Part shown: positions 36,801 through 47,897 of the stretch, one piece after another | How the letters are laid out: each line of letters opens with the position of its first letter | How positions within the stretch are numbered: position 1 is the stretch's first letter | Assembly: GCA_965112735.1 (NCBI GenBank) | Contig: OZ218954.1 | Span: 62,001 to 126,000 of the forward strand | DNA from: Phaeosaccion multiseriatum | Taxonomy: Eukaryota; Protista; Ochrophyta, other classes | Direction of reading: 5' to 3' | DNA: 64,000 nt | Translations under genes and position numbers: made by a program | Notes under the pieces: model-generated | Seen by the model: only the letters and a program-made list of their open reading frames with translations | Databases searched by the model: none | What the model was told of the DNA's origin: nothing

Positions 36801-39800
36801 GAGGACCATCTGTATCCGCTGCTGGCGGCTGTAGGCTCCGTCTTTAGAGAAGAGCATGGCAGGGAGGAGGTGGTGGAAGACATCCCATGCCAGAAGGGTG
36901 TGGAGGGTGGCGTCGGTGGGTCCGTTCTTGTGGGCCCTCAGCGCCCTGTTCCAGTTGTTGAGCGCTCTTTGCTGTAAGCTGATAATCAAGCTTACGTGGC
37001 GGGGGTTGCACTGCGCTACTGTCTCAAACGCGAGTGTTGAGAGGATGGTACCCTGCGGGTCCAGGGCCCCTAGGCGGAGGACGTTTGGGTGCTGCATGGG
37101 CCATCCTTCCTCGGGTGTATCGTCGTTGGCTGGCCCTTCTCCGTCCCCTCCGTCCCCGCCGCTACCTCCTTGGCCTCTGCTCCGTCCTCCTCCCCCTCGT
37201 CTCGCTGCTGCTGCTGTGGTTCCTTGCGTGCGTGTGCTATCTCCCCCTGCCCTTTCTCTCTGAGGTCCCCTCTCTGCTGCTGCTCCTTGTCCGTTTCCTT
37301 CCCCCTCCCTCGTCCTCCTCTTCGTCCTTCTACTCCACTTGGCGCTGCTGCGATTGCTCCTCCTCCTCCTCCTCCTCCTTCCGCGTGCCCTCGCCCTCCT
37401 CCTCTGCCCGTGGGGGTGGTGGGTTGGTACGGGTTGAGCCTGGCCGTTGCTGTCGTGTGCTGGGGCGTTGCCGTACGCGACGGGTCCTCGTTTGGGTCTG
37501 GGCCTAGATAGGCGTTCTCGAGGTCGTTGAGGGGGCCTTGGTAGGCCGATGCTGCGTTGCCTTGGGTGAGGATGGTCCTGAGGGCGGGGATGGCTCGTTG
37601 AGCTTGGTAGCCAGCCATGCAGCCTTGCGCGGGGCAGGGGAGGTTGCCTGGTGGTATGACGGGCTGCTGGTTGGCTCTCCTCAGTGTGGCTTGGTCGTTC
37701 AGGTGGTGAAGGAGGCACGCGGGGTGAACGGTGTGTTGGCAGCGTCGGGTGCGTACTGGCCACTCCGTGGTTGGTGCGATGAAGGGGGGTCCGCGTCAGA
37801 CATGCATATGCAGCATATCGGGGCTGGGGGGGCGGTAGGTTGGGGTGGGGGTGTGTGTCGGGTGGTGGGGGGTGGCTGGGACTGGCGGCGCCGTCCTTGG
37901 CTGGCCTGCGCGTGCTGCTGATGCGACTCTCTGCGCTCCCTCGCTAGGCGATCCCTTGCGCGGCCCATAGCTCTCCCTCCTTGTGCTGTGATGGCCTGCT
38001 CGATCGTGTGCCGGTAGCAGGGGTTGCGGCAGTAGGGGCAGAGGTGGTCGTTGCGGTTGGGGTACGTGCTCATGACTCCCAATGCGCAGTGGTTGTGCAC
38101 GTGATGTTCGTCTTCGTGCATGGCGACTTGTGCTTGTCCAGTGAGCGGTTCCATACACACCGGGCAGTTGGGTAGCTCCTCGTTGTTGGTGGGGTCGCCT
38201 CCTCCTTCTGCTTCGTCACCTCCTCCCTCTGCTTGCCCTTCCCCTCCTTCTGCCGCTGCTTCCCGTGCCAGTGCTGGGCGCTCTCCTCCGCCTCTGCTGT
38301 TTTCGCCCTCTCCCCCCCCTGCTACTACTCTTCCGTCGCGGTCTCCTCGTCCCCCTCCCCTGTGTCCCGCTCGCTCTCCTCTCCCTTCTCCCTCCGGGTC
38401 GTGCTCCCGTGTAGTGTCTGTCCCACCTGCTCTTGTCGGTGGGGGCATGCTGCGAGCTCGTGGTGGGATGGTTGACGATGCCGGGAGGTGTGCTGCTTCG
38501 TATGCTCGTATGCATGTGTGGCATATGGGCTGCCGTAGGCCTGCTTGCGGGAAGCTTCTGAGGAGGGATCTGCCGGAGTTTCTGTGGGCCAGGTTGCCGC
38601 ATCCACGTATACAGTCACGTAGCTGATACGTTCTGTTCTGTGGTCCGCTCTGTGGGCCGTTGGCGCGGTACCACAGGATTGACGCGGCCTGGGGGTGGTG
38701 TTCGCGCATCCATCGTTCCCACTCTCGGCCGCGGTTGGGGTGGTGGCTCAACTGGTGCCTGTTGAGGCGGTCTCTGGACCTGCCGACCGTGACGAAGGTG
38801 TCATTGCACTGTTCGAAGTTGCAGAGGACTCCCGTGGCGATGTAGTTGTTGTCAATGTTCCTGCGGTACGCTGTGGTGTTGTTGTGGGTGTCGTCCGTCT
38901 GTGGCGTGGTTGTGTCACTTTGGGTGGGGGGTGTTGGCGGTCCTGGTGCGGTTCCCCGGGGGGCCTGCCTCGTGCGTAAGGCGAGGGCTTGCCCCGGCGC
39001 CCACCACGGTGTGGCCATGGTGTTGGCGAAGGGGGAGGTGGTGGTGTTGTTGGTGTGGTCGCGTAGGGCGTGGCCGTAGCGCTCAACGATGGCTTGGACG
39101 TCGGGTAATACCGCGATGAGTTCCTCCTGTCGTGAGGCGGTGATGTAGTCGTTGACCAACTCGTTGGAGGTGATCTCTTGGCCTGCGAGCGTGTGGGCAT
39201 AGGCCTCTACGATCTGTTGCCATCCAAGGGGGTAATCTCCTCCCCCATGTGGTCTTCCGGGGGTGGTGGGGGGGCCTCCGCTCCTTAGAGCTTGTCTGAG
39301 GAGGGGCATATAGAAGTGCGAGTTGGTAGGCGGGAGCGCCGCGTCGCGCTGGTGGCGTATGGTGTTGCTCCATGTCGTTGGTGCGTGTCCATGCGTGTCT
39401 GTTTCGAGTGATGCTGTCTCTTCCTCGTGCGTCGTGGGGGGTGGTCGTACGAGGTCGGCGATGGCCTCGGCCGTGTTGTGGTGGGTCAGTTCCGTCGCGG
39501 TGAGGTTTAGGCTTGCGAACTCAGCGCTGATGCGTCGGCTGGCGGATGCTGGCGCTTGTTCGTTGAAGAAGAGGTTCGGGTGTTGCCGTATGGGGGTCGT
39601 GGCTGTGAGGTGGGTGTCTTCGTATTCGTCTTGGAGGATGGAGACGATTTGCTCTGTGATCCCGTGTGCGTTTCTGTGAGTTGACGCGTTGGTGGTTTGG
39701 GCTGGATCTGAGGCTCGGAAAGTGGCGGTTGGCCTTTCCGGGCTGCGTGCTCGGGGGGTCCTGCTTCGTCCCCTTGGCCTCGTGGTTGGCTGCATGGGTG

Positions 39801-40221
39801 CTGGGCTGGTCGCTGTGGGGGGTGGTGCTGTTGTAGGGCCTGTTGTCTCGCTGGCGGGCGTGGTAGATCTCCTGGCGGCTGGTGCTGTTTGTTGCCGTGT
39901 CGTTGAGATCGGTTGTGGTTGCTGCTGCTGGGGGTGGGCTTCCGCTGCTGTTGCTGTGGGTTCCGTGAGTGCTGGTGGGAGCTGTGGGTCCTGCGGGAGG
40001 GTGTTGCGGGGTGCTGCGGCCGCTGGTGGAGCCGTGATGGGGGTGGGCACGCCTTCCCGTGCTGGTGTTTGGCGAATTGCTGCTGCCGCTGCCCGTCTCT
40101 CCCTTCTTTCGAGCCGCTGCTGATCGCGGCTCATAGGTGGCTCCTGCTGGGTTGCTGTGAGGTTTGCTGGTGTCTCCTGGGCTCCGGGGGGCCGCGTGGC
40201 CCCCCTGTCGTCCCCTTCCAT
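33850..40221 (-). CDS. Retrotransposon polyprotein (~2120 aa once three -1 frameshifts are corrected): ACP-like, C2H2, RING, RING, RT, CCHC-type knuckle, RLE
   Basis: RT motifs RPV, QLAV, DITKAY, GVNQGAPEGP, YADD, GLEFNERKT, GIPVG, GGLGL; C-terminal C..C..HATIC, RMDL..LLCDITVTNP..EERKRIHY..IETYGRLG (PD-(D/E)xK type); GCCACC-ATG-G start. Confidence 0.88.
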
Positions 40222-40748
40222 GGTGGCCCTGTCTTAAGCAGAAAAAAAGAAGGGGTATTGTGTGAGAACGACATAACCAGATCGTCCAAGGAGGATTATG
40301 TCCTTCCCATGGAGCTGGCTATGACCACGCAGTGGTGTGCCGCTGGCTGAGGGGTGCGACATTTATATTAGAGCTTATGGGCTCAGTATTGGTGCGACAG
40401 GTATCCGAAGGAGGGAGGACTTTGCATGGGCCGCGGAAGAGTGAAATTGGTCAAGAAGTGTACTGTTGAGGAGCGTGAGAGCCAGCATGTCCGAAGAGGA
40501 TTGTGCCAGTCCCATGGAGCTGTGAGAGCGTACAAGAGTTGTAGAGAGAGGGGTTGTGAAACTCAGCCTCGGGGTGGATGTGGTGGGATGTACCAGAGGC
40601 GTGCACGGAGGCATGTACAGAGGCAGACACGAATGGAAAGGAGGGGAGCAGAGCAGAAGGAGCTTGCCCAGTGTACGCCTGTGCCGAAACGAGGAGCTGC
40701 CACGGAGATCAGTGGGAGAAGAACGAAGAGGGCAAAATTCTCCCCTTC

Positions 40749-40961
40749 TCGACCCTGGACAAGATTATCTGATTACTGATTACGGCCGGCGCAGCCGGCC
40801 TGATTACTGATTATGGCGCCAGCCTGAGGAAATGGCCGGCGCCAGCCGGCCTGGTTGCTGATTACAGCCGGTGGCCAGCCGGCCTGATGACTGATTATGC
40901 ACCAGCCGGGGGCTGATTACTGATTATGGCCGGCGCACACGGTCATCTTGTCCAGGGTCGA
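40749..40961. mobile_element. 213-bp MITE with 17-bp TIRs (TCGACCCTGGACAAGAT) and near-perfect 6-bp TSD
   Basis: TIRs at 40749-40765 and 40945-40961; flanks CCCTTC / CCCTTA; internal GCCAGCCGGC and CTGATTA repeats. Confidence 0.8.
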
Positions 40962-41322
40962 CCCTTAAATCGAAGGAGAGGAGAGGAAGGAGGAGAAGGA
41001 AGCAGCGGAGGAGCAGGCGGGAAAAGGTAATGGGGTCGGGTTGCTTGCGAGGCAGGGGATCCGATCCATGTCGGCATGTCGGGGATGAGATTCAGCTGCC
41101 CTGTGGCCTGTGGAGAGGGCTGGAAGATGCTGGCTGCTGTTGGTGCTGCCACAAGCTAATGCAGTCGTCGGGAAAGGGAGCTATCGAGTGGTGTGGTGGT
41201 GACTTTCTTGTTGCTGCCCCACTGCGCTGTGCGCACAAAGAGGAAGGGGGCCAGCGTGGAGAGCATTATTGGAGACTTTGTGGCTGCCTACCACCGCTAC
41301 CGCTCAGGAGGAGGAGGGGATC

Positions 41323-41356
41323 CTGATGATAATGATGATGCTGATGATGATGATAC

Positions 41357-41401
<45 letters not shown>

Positions 41402-41437
41402 GGATGATGATGATGATGATGCTGATGATGATGATAC

Positions 41438-41469
<32 letters not shown>

Positions 41470-41482
41470 CTGATGATGATAC

Positions 41483-41516
<34 letters not shown>

Positions 41517-41545
41517 AATGATGATGATGCTGATGATGATGATAC

Positions 41546-41593
<48 letters not shown>

Positions 41594-41606
41594 GGATGAT
41601 GATGAT
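41323..41606. repeat. Imperfect (GAT)n microsatellite
   Basis: Visible; gives poly-Asp, poly-Met and poly-Ser ORFs. Confidence 0.95.
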
Positions 41607-42012
41607 GGCGAGAGACAGATGGAGGAGTGGGCGGTGCTGGAGGAGAGCATGGTGGCGGCGAGTGAGAAGAAGCGCGGACGGAAGGCGCTGCGAGCGTGCG
41701 TGCGTGTGGAGTGCCCTGCTGCTGATTCTTCGGGACTTGAGAGATTTAGTGAGCCGACCGCCTTCCAGTCAGTCGACAGTCCGCCTCATGGCCTTCGATG
41801 CGGTGAAGCTTGAAGCCTGGCTCGTTGGCAATGGATGCGTATCGCAGAGTGAGGCAACAAGAGCGACCGTGAGGTGCACGGGCTGAATAAATTCAATACA
41901 ATTATCAATCAAAGACACGTAAAACTCTATCACGCTGCTGCTTTCAGCTGCAGTTTATTGGACCTTCCCAACAGCAGGTAGCGGGCCGTACAGTACAGGG
42001 CGTCAGGCCTCC

Positions 42013-43315
42013 TCACTGCTTGAGCTCCAGCACGGCGAGGAAGTCTCTGGCGTAGTACATGTTGCCCTTCGCAGCGCTGTTGTTGCCCTTCGCAGCGCTG
42101 TTGTTGCCCTTCGCCACAGACGGGGTCGGTGCCTCCTGATACCAGGCAATCAAGAGAAATATGCGCCAGTCTCGTGTTAGCACAATGCAAAGGAGGTGGG
42201 TGTGGAGGTTTCGTTCTTCTTCTTGCTTCGTGGTCACATTGCCCACTGGAGGGCTTGGGGCCAAGGCCTTAACGGCACCCGATCAGCTTCAGTTTCAGCT
42301 TCAGTTTCAGCTTCAGTTTCAGCTCAGTTTCCTTCGAGGCCGATCCCTCCTCCTCCCCAGTCCTCCCTCTCCTATCTCACTCCTCCTCCTCCTCCTCCTC
42401 CTCCTCCTCCTCCTCCTCCTCCCCCTCCTCCTCCTCCTCCTCCTCCCTCCTCCTCCTCCCTCCCTCCTCCCTCCTCCTCACCTCTCCTCTCCCCCCCCCC
42501 TCCCTCCCCCCTCCCTCCCTTTCTCACCCCTTGGGTCATTGACTTACCTTGACAATGACCATGCCCGCAGCGTCAACAAGCCGTCGGACAATATCGGGGC
42601 TCACGAAATAGAAGCCCCCCACTGTGTACTTGGACTGTGAAAGTTGAAAAGTTTGTCAACGCACACAAGTCAACAAGAGGAACCAACGGACGCGGACGTT
42701 AACCACGGAATCAACGGACCGACGTTAACGACGGGAAGCAGAATGAGAACTGCGCCTTGTTCCCTTACCTGCTTTTCGAAACGTTCCCACCCGAGGGGGG
42801 ACAGAAGATTTGCAGTGGAGATGAAGGCACGTGCCACGCCAGGCGCTGGTCAGGAGGGAGGGGGGGGATGGCAGTGGATGGGCATAGGGATGGCAGTGGA
42901 TGAGCATGGTGATGGCCGTAGAGATTGGGGGCGGGTGTAAGGTGTGGAGGGCTTCACGTTGTTGGGTGGGGAGGGAAGCAAGCTTGGGGGCCAAGTAGAA
43001 AGAGAGTGAAGGAAGGAAGGGGGGAGGGAAGGAAGGAGGGAAAGGAGGAGGGGATAGGAGGACTGCTGAGATGTCATCCGCTTGGGATTGTGGGCGATTT
43101 GGGCCTGCTGTATCACCAACTGCTGGACCACTAACTTTCGCATCACTCACCGGCGTCGCTTGTGTCGCCCTTAGTGACCGCGGGGGGAGGTCGCCCTTCT
43201 GCTAATGTATTACCAACTGCTGCTGCTGCCTCACCCTCGCCCCTCCCTCCCTGCCCTCCTCCTTTTGATGCTTCTGGCGCTCCTCTTTCGCCAACACCAC
43301 CCTGACCACCTCTTG

Positions 43316-43353
<38 letters not shown>

Positions 43354-46189
43354 AACGTATCACCCACTGCTGCTGCTGGTGGTGGTGTTGGGGGCCCTGC
43401 TTGTTGTTGTGCCCCTGCCCCTGCCGCTGCCGCTGCCGCCCCTGTCGCCGCCAAAGAGGGTGTCCGAGTCGTGGTTTTCTTGAGCAGCTTTGCGATTTGC
43501 TTGAGGCACAGTGAGGTGCAGAGCCGAGCGTGTGTGTGCGTGCGTGTGTATGTGTGTGTGTGAGTGTGTGCAGGAGAGAGGGAAAGGTCAGTTCACTTCA
43601 CTTCACTTCACTCGTAACTGAGACGGACCCTGCAACTGAAACTCCAAGCCACGTACTACGCACTTTGAGGTACGAGGCGATGAGGTGGAGGTCCATGTGC
43701 ACAAGAACATCGAAACAATACACAAAGTCGAAGTGCTCGACAAACCCGGGGGGGAAGCACGGCTGCGACAGGTGCGTAAAGGACACCACGGGGCTGCGAA
43801 TGGGAAGAAGTAAGTCAACAGAAGCAACAGAGGGAAGGTAGGAGGAGTGGGTATACGAGTGAATGTAAGTAGGAGTAGGAAAGTGAGCGAGTTATGAGTA
43901 AATGTAATGGGTAAGTGAGCGAGTTATGTGTGAATGGCTCCATTCTTTCCTTCCTTCCTTCCTTCCTCCCTCCCTCCCTCCCCCCCTCCCTCCCATCCTC
44001 CCTCCCATCTTCCCTCCATCCCTCCCTCCTCCCCCCCTCCCTCCCTCCCTCACTCACTCACTTACTCCCTCCCCCCCTCCCTCCCACCCTCCCTCCCTCG
44101 CTCACTCACTCACTCACATACTCCCTTCCCCCCTCCCTCCCATCCTCCCTCCCTCCCTCCCTCCCTCCCTCCCTCCCTCCCTCTCTCTCTCTCTCTCTGC
44201 CTCCCTCCCTCCCTCTCTCCCTCCCTCCCTCCCTCACTCACTCCCTCTCTCACTCTTTGTCTCCCTCTCCCCCTCACCTTCCGTTCCTGGTGAGTAGGCC
44301 TGCCCTGCCCAGCCCCTCCCGGCAGCGCTCTATCATCTTCTCACTCGCATCCACCAGGGTCAGGTGCTTCACCAAAGGGACGACCTGAAGGGGTACGTGG
44401 CCAGGGCAGAGGTATATGGGTAGGGTTAAGGGTTAAGGGTATAAGGACTCACTCGTGCCCTCACTGACGCACCCACTCTTTCACTCACTCGCTCACTCTC
44501 GCACTCACTCACTCACCCACTCACTCACCTACTCACTCACTCGCTCATTCACTCACTCACTCACTCACTCACTTCCTCCCTTCCTCTCTCCTTCCCTCAC
44601 TCACTGACTGACTGACTGACTGACTGACTGCCTGATTGACTGACTGGCCGACTGTCGGACTGAATGACTGACTGACTGACTGACTGACTAACTGACTGAC
44701 TAACTGACTGACTGCCTGACTGACTGACTGACAGACTGAGTGACTGACTGACTGACTGACTGCCTGACAGACTGAGTGACTGACTGACTGACTGAGTGAC
44801 TGACTGACGAACTGACTGAATGAGTGACTGACTGACTGATTGAATGAGTGACTGACTGGCTGACTGACTCACTTTATCTGACTGACTGACTGACTGCTTG
44901 ACTGCCTGACTGACCTCTTTTGCGATCCTGCCCCCCCCGCAGCCAATCTCGCACACTTGGCTCTGAGGGCCGACGAAGGGGAGGATAAAGTCGCTAATCA
45001 CCTCCGACACATGGGCGGGCACGGACCATCTGCACAAAGTGGTAATATGTTATGTAAAGCCATTTGTTAATGGTGAGAGAGGGGTGGTTTAGTTTGGTGT
45101 GCAGAGTGAGTCACGCAGACACAGAAAGAAAGGCAAGTGGGGAGACAAACGAGAGGCGGAGAGAGAGAGGGAGGGAGGGAGGGAGAGAGAGAGATGGGGA
45201 GAGGGAGATCGAGGAAGAGAGGGAGAGAGAAAGGGAGGGGCGACAAAAAGGGAGACAGGGAGACAGAAGCCCGGGAGACAGACACTCAGACAGACACACA
45301 GAGACACACAGAGACAGAGACACAGGGAGAGAGAGACAGAAGGAGACCAAGAAGAGACAAAGAGAATGAGGAGAGGGAGACAGAGGGAGACAAAAGAAGA
45401 GACAAAGAGAATGAGGAGAGGGAGGCAGAGCAAGCTGAAATTGAACACTGGAGCTTGGTAGAACGGACTCACTGACTTACTCGTCTCCGACGAGGTCGAG
45501 CTGAACCTGGCCGTCCGCTGCCATCGCTCCCGCTTGAGAGCCCTTGGCCATTTTCCGCACCCACTCCTCCTCAGGCTTCCACTTGCTGAGAATGTGAGTG
45601 TCAATTTAGGGGGTGTCAGGACATGCATCGAGTGGAAGAGTGGAGGAGTGAGTAATGAGAGAGAGGGGGGGGGGGAGGGAGAAAGACCGAGGGAGAGAGA
45701 GAAGGAGAGAGAGGGGGGGAGGGAAAGGGAGCCCCCCCCTACGGAGAGAGCAGAGAGCACTTGATCCCCTCCATCCACTGCCATCCCTTCCCCCAGCACT
45801 TGGCCCCTCCATCCACTGCCATCCATTCCCCCCAGCACTTGACCCCCTCCATCCACTGCCATCCCCTCTCCCCCGCCCCTCACCTGGCGTACTGGTCCCA
45901 GAGCTTCTGATTTCCCCTGAAATTGCCCACATCGGGGTAGGTGATGGCACTGCCCAGCTGTTAACGTGTGTGGAAGTGAACGCATAACTAATGCTTCAGT
46001 TAACGCCATATTGATGCATAACGGGTGGGGTAGGTGATGGCACTGCCCAGCTGTTAACGTGTGTGGTAGTGAACGCGTAACTAATGCTTCAGGTAACGGC
46101 ATATTGATGCATAACGGGTGGGGTATGTGATGGCACTTGCACTGCCCAGCTGCATGTGTGTATGTGTGTGTGTATGTATGTGTGTGTGT

Positions 46190-46243
<54 letters not shown>

Positions 46244-46743
46244 GTGATTGGGTGTGTGTGCATCAACTCAGTCGCATAACATACTGACTCACTGACTTCA
46301 CATACTGGACTGTCTCACTCAGTGGACGAGCAGCGCAGTCATCTCTCTCCGTCTCTCTTTTCTCTCCGTCCCTTCTGTCCCTCTGTACCTCTATCTCCGC
46401 CTCTCTCCCTTTCTTTCCCGCCCTTTCCTCTGTTTGACTGTATCTTGATATCTCTCTCTGTCTCTCTCTGTCTCTCTCTCTCTCTCCGCAACTCGTCCTC
46501 CTTCCGTCTCATGCTCTGCAGCCCCCCCCCCCTCCCCTCCCCTCCCATCCCTCCTCTCTCTTTCTCTCCGCCCCTCTCTCCATTGCTCCCTCCCTCTGTC
46601 GCCCTCTCGCCCTGTGGTGTGGGCTGTTATGTGAAGTGGCTCCCTGACCTGCCCTGACCTGCCCTAACCTGCTGGATGAGCTGCGTGACCATCTCGTTGC
46701 CGCGCATGCTGTCTTTCTGCAGCTCCTCCTCGCACTCCTCCAT
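42013..46743 (-). CDS. Class I SAM-dependent methyltransferase (multi-exon; 5' end uncertain)
   Basis: Spliced exons give NQKLWDQYASKW, LVGDE|W, VCEIGCGGGRIA (motif I), LTLVDASEKMI (motif II), FDFVYCFDVLVHMD (motif IV), AFISTANLLSPLGWERF, GGFYFVSPD, NMYYARDFLAVL..*. Confidence 0.82.
45935..46150. repeat. 93-bp tandem duplication (~2.3 copies), intronic
   Basis: GGGTA(G/T)GTGATGGCAC recurs at 45935, 46028 and 46121. Confidence 0.8.
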
Positions 46744-47183
46744 CTGAGATTCCGATTCCTTGTTAAGGTCGAACGGTCTGAGCTGAATTAAAGTGAGACA
46801 AAGAGAGGGAGGGAAAGGAGAGATAAAGAGAAGAGATATGGAGGGACAACTGTTTCAAGGCAATGGAGGGGGGATGTTTCAATATGATTTCTTCCTTTCC
46901 TCCATTTCTCCACTGTATCTTCTAGACTGTGGAGTTCTGTGCGCTACTTGCTAAGCTGCTGCCGCTGTTCTACTGGCTACTTATTCTCTTCCACAGAACA
47001 GAGTACCCACTAACCCGTCCTGCTTGACTATTGCATCTACTGACAAGGGAGAGAGAGGGGGGGGGAGAGAGAAGAGAGAGAGGAGAGGAGAGGAGAGAGA
47101 GAGAGAGAGGGAGAGAGAGAGAGAGGGAGGGAGAGAGAAGAGAGAGAGGAGAGGAGAGAGAGAGAGAGGGAGAGAGAGAGAGA

Positions 47184-47530
47184 GAGGAGGAGGAGGAGGA
47201 GGAGGAGGAGGAGGAGGGAGAGGAGGAGGAGGAGGAGGAGGAGGAGGAGGAGGAGGAGGAGGAGGAGGAGGAGGAGGAGGAGGAGGAGGAGGAGGAGGAG
47301 GAGGAGGAGGAGGAGGAGGAGGAGGAGGAGGAGGAGGAGGAGGAGGAGGAGGAGGAGGAGGAGGAGGAGGAGGAGGAGGAGGAGGAGGAGGAGGAGGAGG
47401 AGGAGGAGGAGGAGGAGGAGGAGGAGGAGGAGGAGGAGGAGGAGGAGGAGGAGGAGGAGGAGGAGGAGGAGGAGGAGGAGGAGGAGGAGGAGGAGGAGGA
47501 GGAGGAGGAGGAGGAGGAGGAGGAGGAGGA
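47184..47530. repeat. Near-perfect (GGA)n tract, ~115 units
   Basis: Directly visible; embedded in a GA-rich polypurine stretch from 47046 to 47650. Confidence 0.95.
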
Positions 47531-47897
47531 GAGAGGGCGAGAGAGGGAGGGGAAAGGGAGAGGAGAGAGAGGGCGAGAGAGGGAGGGGAAAGGGAGAGGA
47601 GAGAGAGGGCGAGAGAGGCAGAGGGAGAGGAGAGGGAGAGGAGAGAGAGATAACGAGTGCGCGGCCACGGCTCTTCCTGACCTTGTAAATAAAATACAGG
47701 CCTTCAGTCCTCGGTTTGTATTGCTTTGCTTCCGAGCTGGTCGCGCGCCCGTCAGCTATTTTTTTTCCCTCTTCTTTTGTCTTACGGCCCGGGCCCGCCC
47801 CTCTGCCCCTTTGTTGACTTATGTAGTACTGGGGGTCGATTTTCATTTTCAAATCACGACTTTCGTCCTCCCCCTCCTTCTGCGCTGCGCTTGAAGG

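Larger units (their letters stand above)
33271..40363 (-). mobile_element. CRE-clade-like non-LTR retrotransposon (RT + RLE), ends inferred from a flanking 29-bp direct repeat
   Basis: Intronless coding region 40221->33850; identical TATATTAGAGCTTATGGGCTCAGTATTGG at 33242-33270 and 40364-40392; no poly(A) tail seen, so ends are tentative. Confidence 0.8.

Noticed and set aside
41030-41886. Poly-Asp or poly-Met protein gene
   Set aside because: ORFs are driven by (GAT)n; the poly-Asp frame has no ATG and an upstream in-frame stop at 41157; a spliced or degraded gene cannot be excluded
44421-44442. Telomeric repeat (also CCCTAACCCTAA at ~2562)
   Set aside because: Only 2-3 imperfect units; too short to call an interstitial telomere
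46970-47894. Poly-Glu/Gly/Ser/Leu ORFs
   Set aside because: Artefacts of the (GGA)n tract
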